Positions 24,021-37,358 of a stretch of 64,000 nucleotides of DNA are shown in pieces. The stretch lies in contig NC_043001.1 of assembly GCF_006345805.1 (NCBI RefSeq), forward strand, positions 74,338,001 through 74,402,000, given 5' to 3'. Made by a program: the position numbers and the translations under genes. This DNA is from Octopus sinensis (taxonomy: Eukaryota). The notes under the pieces were generated by a model. The model had not been told where the DNA came from. It ran no database searches and worked only from the letters and a program-made list of their open reading frames with translations. The stretch's first letter is position 1. Each line of letters opens with the position of its first letter.

Positions 24021-26887
24021 CTTAATAATATTGAGTACTTGTTTTGCTTGATTATAATTCATACAAGATTGAATCTATATCTATCTAATTATCTGCCTGC
24101 CTGTCTATCTGCACACACACACACACACGTTATAAAGAGAAACTAAAGTTGTTGAAAGGTAGGGTTGTTTACATTGCCATTATCTGAGATGCTGAGATGA
24201 GGGAAATATTTCTGTAGTTCACGGTCAGACAGTCAGAGTTTGATCTATCTTATGTCATGTGGGGTTGTGTATCTCTCATGAACTTCATGATTTAAGGTGA
24301 CTTAATTAAAACGGTCTCCGATCAAAAGTTTATATGGTAACAAAAGGGTTTAATTTTTGTATGACTATCACCTTTTGTATTCTGTAACTCACTTGAGATT
24401 TCCCCTGTTTTACAACATAACTTTTGTTTTAAAGCGATCTAAATTACTCTCTCCACACTTCAAAATTTCATGTTAGTTAATGTTCCAAACAATAGCTTTT
24501 CATATTGACACGGTTATCTTACAAAATTCTTCTTTTTGAAATTAATTGAAACAAAGGCAGTTGATTCACCTTTTTTTTTTATTTATACGCTGTTATGATA
24601 CATTCATTTTGTTTTATATTTTTATATAATCAGCTTCATTTTGAAATGTGTCGTAATCTATATTTTGTTATATCAAATGAACCAATACAGAAAAAATGAT
24701 ATGAGATATGGGTAATAACGAAGAAGCACCGATTACTCTCTCTTACATTATCCTAAATGTAAGATAGAGCTTATGAAAATTCACAGAACTGATATCTGTT
24801 GAATAGCATAACCATTTGTTGCTCAGATGTGTTCTTGCCGTTATTACAAGTGCCACTACTTTTACATACATGACAATTTTGCGTCGAAATATCAAAACTC
24901 ATAAGTCTCATCTTCTTACTGTTCTATGATTCCTGTAGTGTTATTTGAGGTGGCGCTAGTACAACAGTGACACTATGATCGCTGTTGTGCTACCGCCATA
25001 CCTCACCACCACTAACATCTCACATAGTACATCACCGCTGAACAATCTCAGCACTACCACTTCAGCTCTACAGCCATTTCTAGGGAAGCTTCTTAATTGA
25101 ACCATTACTGATACATGCCTAGATTACAACCCCTAACATTTGCAGTATCAGGGCACACTCTTTACTAAGGTCATCTCTGCTGAATATCTAAGTCGTTGCC
25201 GCATTACTAGAGCACCGTTGCAATACAATCATAGTTATATCAAGTGATAGAATCCGAAGATTGCCAGACGAAAATACTTCTGAGCATATGGGTTCGTACC
25301 TACCCATCCTGGGTTCAAATCCACCTGGATCAATAAAATAAGTGTCAGGCATGTAATGTATCGATCCAATCAAATATATCCTTTTTTCTTCTGCCCATAA
25401 AATCCGGATTATCAATACCTAAATGGATACTGAGATATTTACTCAGTTATATCAGTAATTCTGATCCACCTCGTGTCTGTTTATTATGAACAAAAGAACC
25501 TTCAATTTCTCATTTTCCCCAGTTTAACAGTTAATATTGCATGAAGAACTCGACTGCTATCTGGGTAACTTTCATTTACTTAAATATAGCTTCAACTCTC
25601 TCTCAATCACTCCTTTGTACTAAGTTGTCTCTTAATAAGGTCTGAGGTATTCAGACTGGTGGGTCACTGATCGGCATTATCTGGGCTACCTTTGATTTTT
25701 CCGTTTATACTAATTCACATGTTTGTTGATTAAAACCAAGAAGACACTCGATGTACGGAATGTTGTAAATCCTTTGTCAGGTTGTCTTTTATATGCCCTG
25801 TAAACTCGATTCTAGATCAGGGGCACTGACGTAGAAACAGGTGTAGCGTATTCAAGAAGAAAGACTTGTCGGTATGTATACATCATTTATTACCACATTA
25901 GTACAGAAGGTATTCCTGCAATGCAAGAATAATTTTTTTATGAAATAACGAGTATTACAGGTGCAAGATAGAAATTCACATTTAGGCTGATTTTTATATA
26001 TTGCATATTTTTGTTGGAATGTTGCCGTAGTATGTTTCTTCACCTATCGCTCCGGGTTGTATATGTAGGTGTCATAACAGCTATTATTGAGAGAGAACTC
26101 TACCAAAGATCGAATTCACTCTAGGTTAGAATTCACCCTGTCTCCTCTGCACTAAAACCAGCTATATTTGTACGCTCTGTTCACAAACATTCCTAGTCAT
26201 TGTCGCCGGACTATCATGTAAACTAAGAGAGCTGATTGGACGGAAATGGGGTCTTCATGCATGATAAGCTCATGATATTCATGTAGACAAATGCAGGGTC
26301 GAATTCAACTGTTATATAGGATTACAAGTCAGTCCATGTGACTTTTGACAGGCATCAGTTGGTCTTAGTCATTCTACTCCCATATGAATTGGTTCTTGTC
26401 GTTGGTAGCGGTTGGCTTTGATCATGCAGAACTATGATCAATGGTGTTACATCCGTGATCATACCACCTTTTCTCTCCAAGTATATCTAATACTACATTA
26501 TCAAATGTGTCCTTTTTTATGTTTGTAGGGTGGGATTTCAGTGACACTGGCTACGCTTTCTAGCAACTAGAGTAACAACACTTAGGCTCTCTCGTTGGCC
26601 CGACCAATTCATTGGATTTGTAAAGTATAAATGCAAGATAGAACAATAAAGTTTGTGTGTGTATGTGTGTGTGTGTGTGTGTTTCACTCTGGGTTAAACT
26701 GTTCACAACAGTCATGAACAGCTCAGCCCGAGGCAACATTTTAAGTTGACTATCAACTTTTATATGCTGATACAATAAAAAAAGTCTATCCACTCTACTC
26801 AATTTATTGAGTTCTATATGAGATAACGGTCGCACTATGTAAAATATATTTTCATGTACTTTACGACACTTACGTTCCTGTATATAC

Positions 26888-27024
26888 CTATTTCTTTATT
26901 ACCCACAAGGGGCTAAACATAGAGGGGACAAACAAGGACAGACACAGGCATAAAGTCGATTACATAGACCCCAGTACGTAACTGGTACTTAATTTATCGA
27001 CCCCGAAAGGATGAAAGGCCAAGT
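26888..27024 (-). mobile_element. SINE family 2, truncated at the mariner boundary
   Basis: Matches the family body up to ...gaaaggccaagtcga, where the mariner TIR starts. Confidence 0.75.
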
Positions 27025-28275
27025 CGAGGGGATACCGAAAAGCAACCGGAAACGTTATCTGTGGGACAAGTCCGTAATAGTTCAGGCTTCTTTCGCTAGA
27101 ACCCACTTGATGCGACTCTCAGGCCTCAGTCTGCCGACCGGCGTCGTCTTCTGGAATTGTACTGTCATGTGGCACGTCTTTGTTTTGCAGTGCTCTGTCA
27201 ATTTTTGCGATGGCTGAAACGAAGTAACAGCGTGCTTCCGTGAAATTCTGTTTTCTGAGGAAAACGGCGGCCGAAACAGTTGTCATGTTTCAAACAACTT
27301 ACAAGGACGATGCCATGAGCAAAATACAAGTTTACGAATTGTTTTCACGCTTTAGGTATGATCACTTGTCGCTTGGAGACCACTCGCGTTCAGGGCCACC
27401 GTCGACCTACCGAACGAATGAAAACATCGCGAAAATTCATGAACTGATCTTCGAGGACCGTCGCCGAACAAGTGACGAACTTGTTGCTATGACTGGTTTG
27501 TCCTGGGGCTCCATCCAACGAATTTTGAGCGAGAAATTGCGAATGAAAAGAGTTGCAGCAAAATTTGCGCCTCGCTTGCTCAAGGAAGATCAATATCAAT
27601 CACGACTGAATGCGTTTCGTGAACTGAAAGAGCAGTTGGAAGTTCAAAGGTCATCATTGATGACGAAGAGTGGTGCTACCCGGAAACGAAGCAACAGTCA
27701 AGTCAATATAAACATTCAATGTTACCATCCCCCCCCCCACCAAATGCGCGTCAAGTGAAGTCCATTGTCAAGACGATGCTGATTTGTTTCATCGATGCGA
27801 AATGAATTGTCCACACAGAATTTGTTTCTTCTGGTTAAACTGTTGGCAGTCCTGAAGCATTTGCGAGATGTGGTGAGACGAAAACACCCCTGTAGTAAAG
27901 TGGAGAGTGGTGGTTTCATTACGACAATGCGTCTGCACACATCACCTTGAGAGTGAGACAGCTTTTGACTAAAATGGCATGAACCCCGCATACTCACCCT
28001 CCCTATTCACTCGATCTTCCTCCTCGCGACATTTTCATTCCCACCGAATGAAAATAGTTTTGTAGATGTAGAAGACGTGAAGAAAAAAATAACGACGTTG
28101 GCATTAAAAGGCATCACTTTGCTAGAGCTGCAGGACTGATTCGAACAGTGGAAAACGCGTCTGGACCGATTCAGTGCTTCAAGTGGAGAATACTTTAAAG
28201 GCAATAAAAATGTAACTATGCAAAACTATGTGAATAAAATATTGTAAAATTCCGGTTTCTTTTGGGTACCCCCTC
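27025..28275 (+). mobile_element. Mariner (DD34D-type) transposon, full-length but frameshifted
   Basis: TIRs cgaggggataccgaaaagcaaccggaa / ttccggtttcttttgggtaccccctc. ORF 27240-27758 (HTH region, VAAKFAPRLL); downstream HYDNASAH and PYSLDLPPRDIF. Confidence 0.9.
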
Positions 28276-28319
28276 AAACATACATACATACATATCTATA
28301 TCTGATATTTCAACATAAA

Positions 28320-28635
28320 GGTAAAAGGTAAAGCCCCCTCACCCCTTCGGTCATGAATGACCAAGGGATTGCACGTAGGAAGTACCTCTCCGAAGCACAA
28401 GTCCAGGCAAGGTTTTTATGGAAGACCAGCAGTCGCCCATACATACCAGTCTCCCCTTTCCACGCCATCGATGTTATCCAAGGCAAAGGCCGATACAGGT
28501 CGGCACCCGTAACTAATTTCTACAGCTGAGTGAACTGGAGCAACCTGAAATAAAGTGTTTTGCTCAAGAGCACAATACACAACCCAATCCGGAAATCGAA
28601 CTCACTAACTCATAACTGTGAGCCATGCACCTTAT
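28320..28635 (-). mobile_element. SINE-like repeat
   Basis: ctgagtgaactggagcaacctgaaataaagtgttttgctcaagagcaca followed by an inverted tRNA-like head; related sequence at 63850-64000. Confidence 0.6.
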
Positions 28636-29159
28636 ATATATATGAGTGAGAGTTAACGTAAGATGGACAGGATGCGTGTCATACAGCTTTCTGAATAATA
28701 CTCATTTTTTAAAAATAAAATTTTTAATAGTGTAGACTGCGATTATGTTGATAAATCAAGAAAATAACATTTATTGTAAAGAAAGTTCATTGAAAAAGTG
28801 GTGCCAGGACGACCATCCTCTAACAGGGGGGCGCCTCAAATATACAAAGCAGATATTTGCTTCATTTAATTATATTATAAAGTAATATTTTTTTTTGAAA
28901 ATTAGTATTCATTTCATCATTTTGTAGTAAGCACAAAGAAATTTGACAAAAGTAAAATTACAATTATTGTGTATGCCATATATCCTGATGTTACCCAAAG
29001 AGGTGCAGTATACTTCCTAAGTTATCCATTATATGACGGGTATCACTCTAGTATATATGCACAAAGACACGACAGAAGTTAATAGACACTCTTATAATCG
29101 TTAAAGTTTATTTAAATCTGAAATTATACATTCAAATTATTTATTGTTTTAATGTGAAT

Positions 29160-29410
29160 ATTTAATATTTAGAAGACATACCCCTTGCATTTTTCAATGC
29201 AAGGACCCTATTAGGCATGTTAATGATCAGATGAATATTCTCTTGAGGAATTTCTTGCCAAATTTCATGCAGTAATCTCAAAAGATCTGGCTTTGAAGAT
29301 GCTTTCCTGTTCTTTTTATGAAGTGTCCTGTCCATTGTGTTCCGGAGGTTCTCAACAGGATTCATATCTGGTGATTAGCTTGGCCATGGAAGCTTTTTAA
29401 CGCCATTCTC
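29160..29410 (-). mobile_element. Tc1 transposase C-terminal fragment
   Basis: PWPS*SPDMNPVENL...LHEIWQEIPQE...MPNRVLALKNARGMSSKY*. Confidence 0.8.
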
Positions 29411-29544
29411 ATCCAACAGTTGTGTGTGACATGTTTGGACCGTTGCACACCGTAGGTTTGGTGTTGAAACGTTTCTCAACCTATAAGGAGTAGGTTATCT
29501 TTTGTCGCAACCTATGTGTGTGTGCATGTATCTGTTATCGTATT

Positions 29545-29730
29545 TTTTCTTACTTGTTTCAGTCATTAGACTGCGGCCATGGAGAGGCACTGCCTTGAAG
29601 AATTTTAGTCGAACGAATCGATCCTAGGTTTTATTTTTTTTAAGCCAGGTGCTTATTCTCTCGATCACTTTTGCTACACCGCTCAGTTACGGTGATGCAA
29701 ACACATGAACACTAATTGTCAAGCGGTGCT

Positions 29731-29777
<47 letters not shown>

Positions 29778-29930
29778 AATGACAGGCTTCTTTCAGTTTC
29801 CGTCTACCAAATCCACTCACAAGGTTTTAATTGGTCCGAGGTTATAGTAGAAAACAAGGGCCTAAGGAGCTATGCAGTGGATCTAAACCCGGAACCATGT
29901 AGTTGACAAAAACTTTCTCATCACATAGCT
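29545..29930 (-). mobile_element. SINE family 1
   Basis: Reverse complement of the family head, core and tail. Confidence 0.75.
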
Positions 29931-30126
29931 GTATGTACGCGCGCGTTAAATGTTTACAAGAGGTCGGACATTGACATCAGATTTTCGGTTTGCTAGCCTT
30001 CACAGAACTGTTCACCCTAAGAGCTTGCAAGCCGAAACTTTGAAGCCACTCTACTAAAATGTATTGAGTAATTCTTCGGTTTAATTTTAAATTATTTTTA
30101 TATACACCCTGCCATAAACACCCCCC

Positions 30127-30164
<38 letters not shown>

Positions 30165-30879
30165 CATATATATACCACGGGCTTCTTTCAATTTCCGTCA
30201 CCCAAATCCACTCAGAAAGCTTTGGTTGGCCCGAGGCTATAGTAGAAGACACTTGTCCAAAGTGCCACGCAATGGGACTGAACGCGGAACAATGTCGCCG
30301 TGAAGAAAGCTTGAGGTGCACGATTTTTTTTTAATCGAAGCAGAGCGTGCGACAGAAAAGGTCGAGAAACACTAATCTAGGCAATACATGCCCGAGAGGT
30401 TCAAACTTAGTAACTACTCCTTCATTGGTCCCATAAACCAGTTAGAAATGGAAAAAAAAAAAACGAAAATGAAGGAAGGACGGCTTAAACCTTCACCTGA
30501 TTGTTATATGGTAGCAGCTACAGTTTCTAATCCAGTACTATACGGAACACAGATTATAGTAAAGTATTAGCTAGGCTACATATGTTTTCCTGTTGTACTA
30601 GTTCACCTAAGCCTTAGGTCAGGGACATGGAGAGGTGGATTACATTTGTGTTTAGCCTACTACACTTTCACTCAAGTCTCTTCATACCGACACTTTGTGA
30701 TAATCGGGTTTAACTAATTGTTGTCTGTCTATCAGTTTCTTCTATACGTAGTTACTATTTAAAAAATCCCCCTCCTCTTTCTCCCATTACAGATGCTTTA
30801 CTCTCTCTCCTTTCTCTCTTTACCCCCCCTCTCTATTTCTCTCTCTCTCTCAGTATAGATGCTTTACTATATATTTTAA

Positions 30880-32185
30880 GACGGCGAGCTGGCAGAAACG
30901 ATAGCACGCCGGGCGAAATGTGTAGCCGTATTTCGTCTGCCGTTACGTTCAGAGTTCAAATTCCGCCGAGATCGACTTTACCTTTCATCCTTTCGGGGTC
31001 AATAAATCAAGTACCAGTTACGCACTGGAGTCGATGTAATCGACTTAAACGGTTTGTCTGTCCTTGTTTGTTCCCTCTGTATGTAGCCCCTTGTGGGTAG
31101 TAAAGAAATAGGTATTTCATCTGCCGCTACGTTCTGAGTTCAAATTCCGCCGAAGTCGACTTTGTCTTTCATTCTTTCGGGGTCGATTAAATAAGTACCA
31201 GTTACGCACTGGAGTCAATATAATCGACTTAATCCGTTTGTCTGTCTTTGTTTGTCCCCTCTGTGTATAGCCCCTTGTGGGCAGTAAAGAAATAGGTATT
31301 TCGTCTGCCGTTAAAGGCGGCGAGCTGGCAGACTATGCCGGGCGAAATGCTTAGCGGTATTTCGTCTGCAGCTACGTTTTGAGTTCAAATTCCGCCGAGG
31401 TCGACTTTGCTTTTCATCCTTTCGGGGTCGATATAATCTACTTAATCCGTTTGTCTGCCCTTGTTTGACCTCTCTGTGAGTAGTAAAGAAATAGGTATTT
31501 CGTCTGTCTTTACTTTCTGAGTTAAAATTCCACCGAGGTCGACTTTGCCTTTCGTCCTTTCGGGGGTCGATAAATTAAGTACCAGTTGCTTACTGGGATC
31601 GATCTAATCGACTGGCCTCCTCCCCAAAAATTTCGGGCCTTATGCCTAGAGTAGAAAAGAGTGTCATTGAGTGATAATGGTAGTCCAAAATTTCGGGCCT
31701 TGTGCCTAGAGCAGAAAAGATTATTATTACTATTGCGAGCTGGCAGAATCGTTAGCACGCCGGACGAAATGCTTAGCAGTATTTCGTCGGTCTTTACGTT
31801 CTGAGTTCAAATTTTGCCGAGGCCGACTTTTCCTTTCATCCTTTTGGAGTCGATAAATTAAGTACCAATGAAATACTGGGAGACGATGTAATCGACTAGT
31901 TCCCTCCCGCGAAACTTCAGGCCTTGCGCCTTTGGTAGAAAGGATTATTATTATCATTACTACTACTACTAAGGCGGTGAGCTGGCAGAATCGTTAGAAC
32001 GCCGGGCAAATTGCTTAGCGGCATTTCGACCGTCGTTACGTTCTGAGTTCAAATATCGATCGACTTTGCCGTTCATCCTTTCGAAGTCGATAAATTAAGT
32101 ACCAGTTCCATACTGGAGTCGATCTAACCGACTGGCCTCCTCCCCAAAAATTTCGGGCCTTATGCTTAGAGTAGAAAAGATTGTC
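30880..32185 (+). mobile_element. Head-to-tail chain of ~6 full or partial SINE family 2 units
   Basis: gagctggcaga heads at ~30886, 31324, 31736 and 31980; bodies gttcaaatt.cgccgag.tcgacttt repeated six times. Confidence 0.85.
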
Positions 32186-32709
32186 ATTTAGTGGTAGTTT
32201 AGTGCATACCATCAGAGTGACACAGGGTGAAAATATACGAAGCCCAGTTTACTTATGATGACTACCTCTCTGTTAAGGATACACCAGGCTCATGCGTCAC
32301 TACTATATGTGCGCGTTATGGTGATCTCATATCAAGATAAACAGCTCATGACCTTGCAGGTGGTGCCCAGTTAGAATTTTCTTCAGGTCGAGTAGCCTAC
32401 CCCGCTCAAAAGGTTCCTGAATAAGGGTTGTTTAAGGATATTGAACGAAACACTCACGTTTCCAAAGGTCAATTATTCAAACCTCAAAGAATTCTTCTCA
32501 ACACATGGCTATGATTCTCCCTCACTACTTCTGCTTGTGGTCTAAGATGCACATATCTGCTTGTGGTCAGAGAGCCACCAAAGGACATGCTCAACTGGTT
32601 AAGGACAAACAACTGACAAGCAAATCTGTAGTATTGAGCAGAAAATTTGCTGTACCAAGACAAAACATGTACATGATAACACTTCCAATCAGTTAAGATC
32701 AGAAACCAT

Positions 32710-33460
32710 TATTTATTTATTCACTTATTATTTATTGCCTTTGCACAGCTTTTAACGCTGGAGATGTACTACAGTGTCAGCTGTTCACTACCAGTGAACT
32801 AAGGTAATACCTCTTATTTTTCGAGCACCTTCCGGAGTATTCGAGCGGTTCCAAGCAGTGCTGTTTTCTGCAAGTGCTCTACCCTTATTGCAGCCCCTAT
32901 TTGTTCCACGTACTTCTCGAGATTTTTGCACACTGTTCCTAGGGCTCCGACAATTATTGGTATTACTGCTACCTTTTTCATCGACCACAACTGCTTAACT
33001 TCCCAAGCTAACCTGTCATACCTCTCGACTTTTTTTCTTCCTTATCGCATACCTTGTTGTCAGCTGGGTATGCCATATCCATGATCCAGCGTAGTTTGTT
33101 TTCTTTCTCAATTAAGACTATGTCAGACTTCCTATTCTCAATCTCATGGTCGCACTGAATCATAAAATCCCATAGGATCATTGCATTTCTATTTTCGTCA
33201 ATGCCTTCAGGTTTGTGGTCGTACCAATTTTTTTCTCTGTCAAGTCCATACTTGTTGCAAAGTGTCCAATGGACAAGCCTGGCTATTTTGTCGTGACGTC
33301 TCTTATATTCCTTCTGAGCTAGTGGCGTACATTGGTTGGTAATATGCCATACGGTTTCACCGTTTTGTCCACAGATTCTGCACTTTTCACTTTCTGATGT
33401 GCTGTCTATTCTGTATTTTATGTAGTTTGTTCTTAGTGCTTGCTCTTGGGCAGCACAGAT
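32710..33460 (-). mobile_element. R4/Dong-like LINE 3' end (CCHC knuckle and restriction-like endonuclease)
   Basis: ORF 33008-33517: AAQEQALRT...CRICGQNGETVWHITNQC...RRHDKI...ILWDF...NRKSDIVLIEK. The 5' truncation is at an (ATT)n tract and the 3' end is TAA-rich. Confidence 0.85.
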
Positions 33461-33513
33461 TATTATTATTATTATCATTATTATTATCATCATCATCATC
33501 ATTACTATTATTA

Positions 33514-33565
<52 letters not shown>
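33461..33565. repeat. (ATT)n/(ATC)n microsatellite
   Basis: Direct reading. Confidence 0.95.
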
Positions 33566-33570
<5 letters not shown>

Positions 33571-34156
33571 TGACTTTACTCTCTGAGTTCAAATTCTGCC
33601 GAGCTCAACTTCATCTTCCATCCTTTTGGGTCGATAAGTACCAGTCAGGTATTTGGGTTGATGTAATTGACTAACAACTCTCCACGAACATTGTAGGCTT
33701 TGTGATAAATTGTGAAACCGCTATTGTTATTATTCTAATCAGCAGATTCAATGCCCCGAGAATTACCAAAATGTCTGATAGGTGCCATACGCATTACTCA
33801 CCGCTTTTGAGTTACTTTGTAACTTCTGAGGTTTAAAATGATAAAATAAATATACTCGTGTATTGTTTTCTGTTTATCCTATTTGTTTTACTCAACACGC
33901 GCGCGCCTATCCACACATACGTGTATGCGCGTGCGTACGTGCGCGTGCACACACACACACACACACCACACACACACACACACATATCGGTCAATAGTTC
34001 ATATATCCGGAAAGAAGCACACTCTTAAACTTTACAGTAGTAACATTTAGAAGGATGTTTGTTACTCTCTCACCGGCCGTAACAACCCTATGTATGCATG
34101 TATGTATGTATGTATGTATGTATGTATGTATATATATGTATATACAGGGTTTGGAC

Positions 34157-34187
<31 letters not shown>

Positions 34188-34255
34188 CAGGGTTTGGACA
34201 TATATATATATATATGTATATACAGGGTTTGGACATATATATATATATATATATA

Positions 34256-34525
34256 TCTTATTATAAAAGGCATATTTTATCTGCCTCCCTTTGGGAGTTA
34301 TACAAATCTACAATATAGGATTTCTTCAATTACAATTTACCTAGCATTTTTGAGAGTACAATGCATCGCGTCATGCCAGGTCCAGTTTTTAAAATTTAAA
34401 CTCCAATTAAGCAAAATTTACAGAAAACTCACATTCTGGTGTGTGTGTCAAATGCTTTTCTTAGTCTGGTTTACACCACACGCAAACGCACACACACAGT
34501 GGGCAACGAATAAAATGAAAGTAAA
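34256..34525 (+). mobile_element. Repeat X, Helitron-like 5' end (TCTTATTATAAAAG); solo copy
   Basis: Near-identical ~270-bp copies at 36019 and 38172; starts with TC after an A. Confidence 0.6.
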
Positions 34526-34680
34526 TAGCGACAGAGTGATTTGAGGAAGACTAAAGTGAAAGTATTCTGTCTATGACGCTGATAGATACATGAGTAAAAT
34601 GTATGGGAAGCTAAGAGCTAAGAGTGAGTGAAAATGTTCTTGGAAGAGAGTAATTAGTAATAAAGTAAACATACACTCAT

Positions 34681-34727
<47 letters not shown>

Positions 34728-34778
34728 TACACACACACATACATACATACATACATACACACATACATACATACATAT

Positions 34779-34809
<31 letters not shown>

Positions 34810-35004
34810 TACACACACACACAGTATTGAAGCTTGAGAACAATCAGATACATTTGCAACACATCTGTTGAAAATATTATTGTTCACACACATACATATA
34901 CATACAGACAGACAGACAGATACACACACACACACACACACACATGATCCAGCATGGCCACAACCTCAAGGCTGAAACATATAAAAGAATAACAGAATAT
35001 AAAT

Positions 35005-35350
35005 GTGTGCAAAGTACAAGAAATATTAATGCAGTATATGGGGATTGGACAATAAGCGTAAGGCAGTGTCAATGGTGGTTCCAGAAATCCCGAGCCATAA
35101 ACTACAGCCTAGAAGACGAGCCTCATCCTGAAAGATCTGTAGAACTCGACAAGGACATCCTGAAAACCCTGGTGGAACAAAATATCATCGTAACTGTTGA
35201 GGAACTAGCAGAGAAGCTTGGATTTGGTCATTCAACCATTCATTGACACCTGTGTGCTATCGGAAAAGTCAGCAAATTGGGTCAATGGGTTCCTCACGAA
35301 CTTTCCGAGTCTAATTGCATGCAGAGAGTGAATGTATGCTTTTCTTTGCT
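35005..35350 (+). mobile_element. Mariner transposase N-terminal fragment
   Basis: SVRQCQWWFQK...LEDEPHPER...TVEELAEKLG...GQWVPHEL. Confidence 0.8.
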
Positions 35351-35381
35351 GTCATATCTCACCACTACTGCGCTATGTATA

Positions 35382-36018
35382 TCTATATATATAAAACTGT
35401 AGTTGTGTGAGTGTCTGTCCCCTTCGATTTAGATTCCTAACTACTCCCACATTTTGCGGTACAGTTTAACCAAATTCGGGTAGCTTATAGTCGTGATTCA
35501 TATCGAGCCCGTCTGAATATTAGCGCGCGTCTACGATGAGTCTACGATTTAAAAAATAATTTAACATCATTTTTTATTCCATTTTAATGCATAATTTTTC
35601 GTGTGTCGATGGCGGCGGAGTTGGCGTCCACGCTCACACCTGCACCTGTGGGGAAGGGAGTGTAAGGAAATCAACGTCGTAATGCGTTGTCAAGGAGACC
35701 AGTGTTCTTTTAGAACAACGACTTCATGGCTTGAAGACACCAAAACAGAAATGGCTAAGAAAGCGTCTACATGAGTCTACGATTTAAAAAAAAATTTACC
35801 ATCGTTTTTTTTCCATTTTAATGCATTTTTTCGCTATTATATAAGGGAAGTAACTCTCTAAAAATGTCTACGATGAGTCAACGATTTTTCAAAAAATTTA
35901 CCATCATATTTTTTCCATTTTTAATGCATTTTTTGCTATTTTTTGGCTATAACTCTCTAAAAATGCTTATATAGTTATTTCCCTTACAAACCCGAGCAAC
36001 GCCGGGCGATACTGCTAG
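35382..36018 (+). mobile_element. Non-autonomous Helitron Y
   Basis: 5' TCTATATATATAAAA; 3' GC hairpin cccgagcaacgccggg followed by ...gCTAG; no TSD. Copies at 37778 and 39417. Confidence 0.8.
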
Positions 36019-36285
36019 TCTTATTATAAAAGGCAGATTTTATCTGCCTCCCTTTGGGAGTTATACAAATCTACAATATAGGATTTCTTCAATTACAATT
36101 TACCTTGCATTTTTAAGAGTACAATGCATCGCGTCATGCCAGGTCCAGTTTTTAAAATTTAAACTCTAGTTAAGCAAAATTTACAGAAAACTCACATTCT
36201 GGTGTGTGTGTCAAATGCTTTTCTTAGTCTGGTTTACAGCACACGCAAACGCACACAGTGGGCAACGAATAAAATGAAAGTAATT
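36019..36285 (+). mobile_element. Repeat X directly abutting Helitron Y
   Basis: Junction gctag|tcttattataaaagg. Confidence 0.6.
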
Positions 36286-36517
36286 GACTTACTGTAGTGA
36301 GTGATTCTTTCACTCTGCCTCCCACTTCCTCTTTCCACACAGGCACGCAAATATATAAATAAAATTGTAAGCTAACGTGCGTGTGTGTGAGTGGGTGTGT
36401 GTGGGTGTGCGCGTGTGTGTGTGTGAGGGTGCGTGTGTGTGTGTGTGCGTGTGCGTGAGTGTGTGACAGGAAAGTTTTTTTACGACGAATATAACACCTA
36501 TATCCAAGTAGCAGAAA

Positions 36518-36996
36518 GATAAGACAGTAAGGTGTGATTTGAGGGAGATTTGGCTGCTATTTCTACCATGTCTAGCTGCCATGTAGGGGTCTCCCTCATA
36601 GGCTCATACATACATATATACATAGATAAGACAGTAAGGTGTGATTTGGGGGAAATTTGGCTGCTATTTCTACCAGGTCTAGCTGCCATGTAGGGGTCTC
36701 CCTCATAGGCTCATACATACATATATACATAGATAAGACAGTAAGGTGTGATTTGGGGGAAATTTGGCTGCTATTTCTACCAGGTCTAGCTGCCATGTAG
36801 GGGTCTCCCTCATAGGCTCATACATACATATATACATAGATAAGACAGTAAGGTGTGATTTGGGGGAAATTTGGCTGCTATTTCTACCAGGTCTAGCTAC
36901 CATGTAGAGGTCCCCCTCATTGGCTCATATATATATACATACATAAGACAGTAAGGTGTGATTTGAGGGAGATTTGGCTGCTGTTTCTACCAGGTC
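36518..36996. repeat. Tandem array, 107-bp unit, ~4.5 copies
   Basis: gataagacagtaaggtgtgatttg starts at 36518, 36625, 36732 and 36839, with a variant at ~36942; the middle units are essentially identical. Confidence 0.93.
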
Positions 36997-37358
36997 TGTT
37001 AGGCCTTCTCATGTAAACTCAAGCTTTCTCATGCCTTGAACATAAGACCAAAGCAGAGAATGTATTCTTTTATTCTTCTGCTTTTTCCAGCCATTGGTCT
37101 GTGGCCATGCTGGGGCAATGCCTTGAAGAATTGTAGTTTAATGAATCAACTCGTTTTATTTTTGTAAGCATTGTACTTATTCTATCTGTTTCCTTTGTCA
37201 AACCACTAGGTGACAGGGATGTAAACAAACCAACATTCGTTGTCAAGCAGTGGTGGAGGACAATCACAAGCACAGACACGCACACACACATACATGCATA
37301 CACATATACACACATACATACATACATACATATATATATATATGTGTGTATATATATA

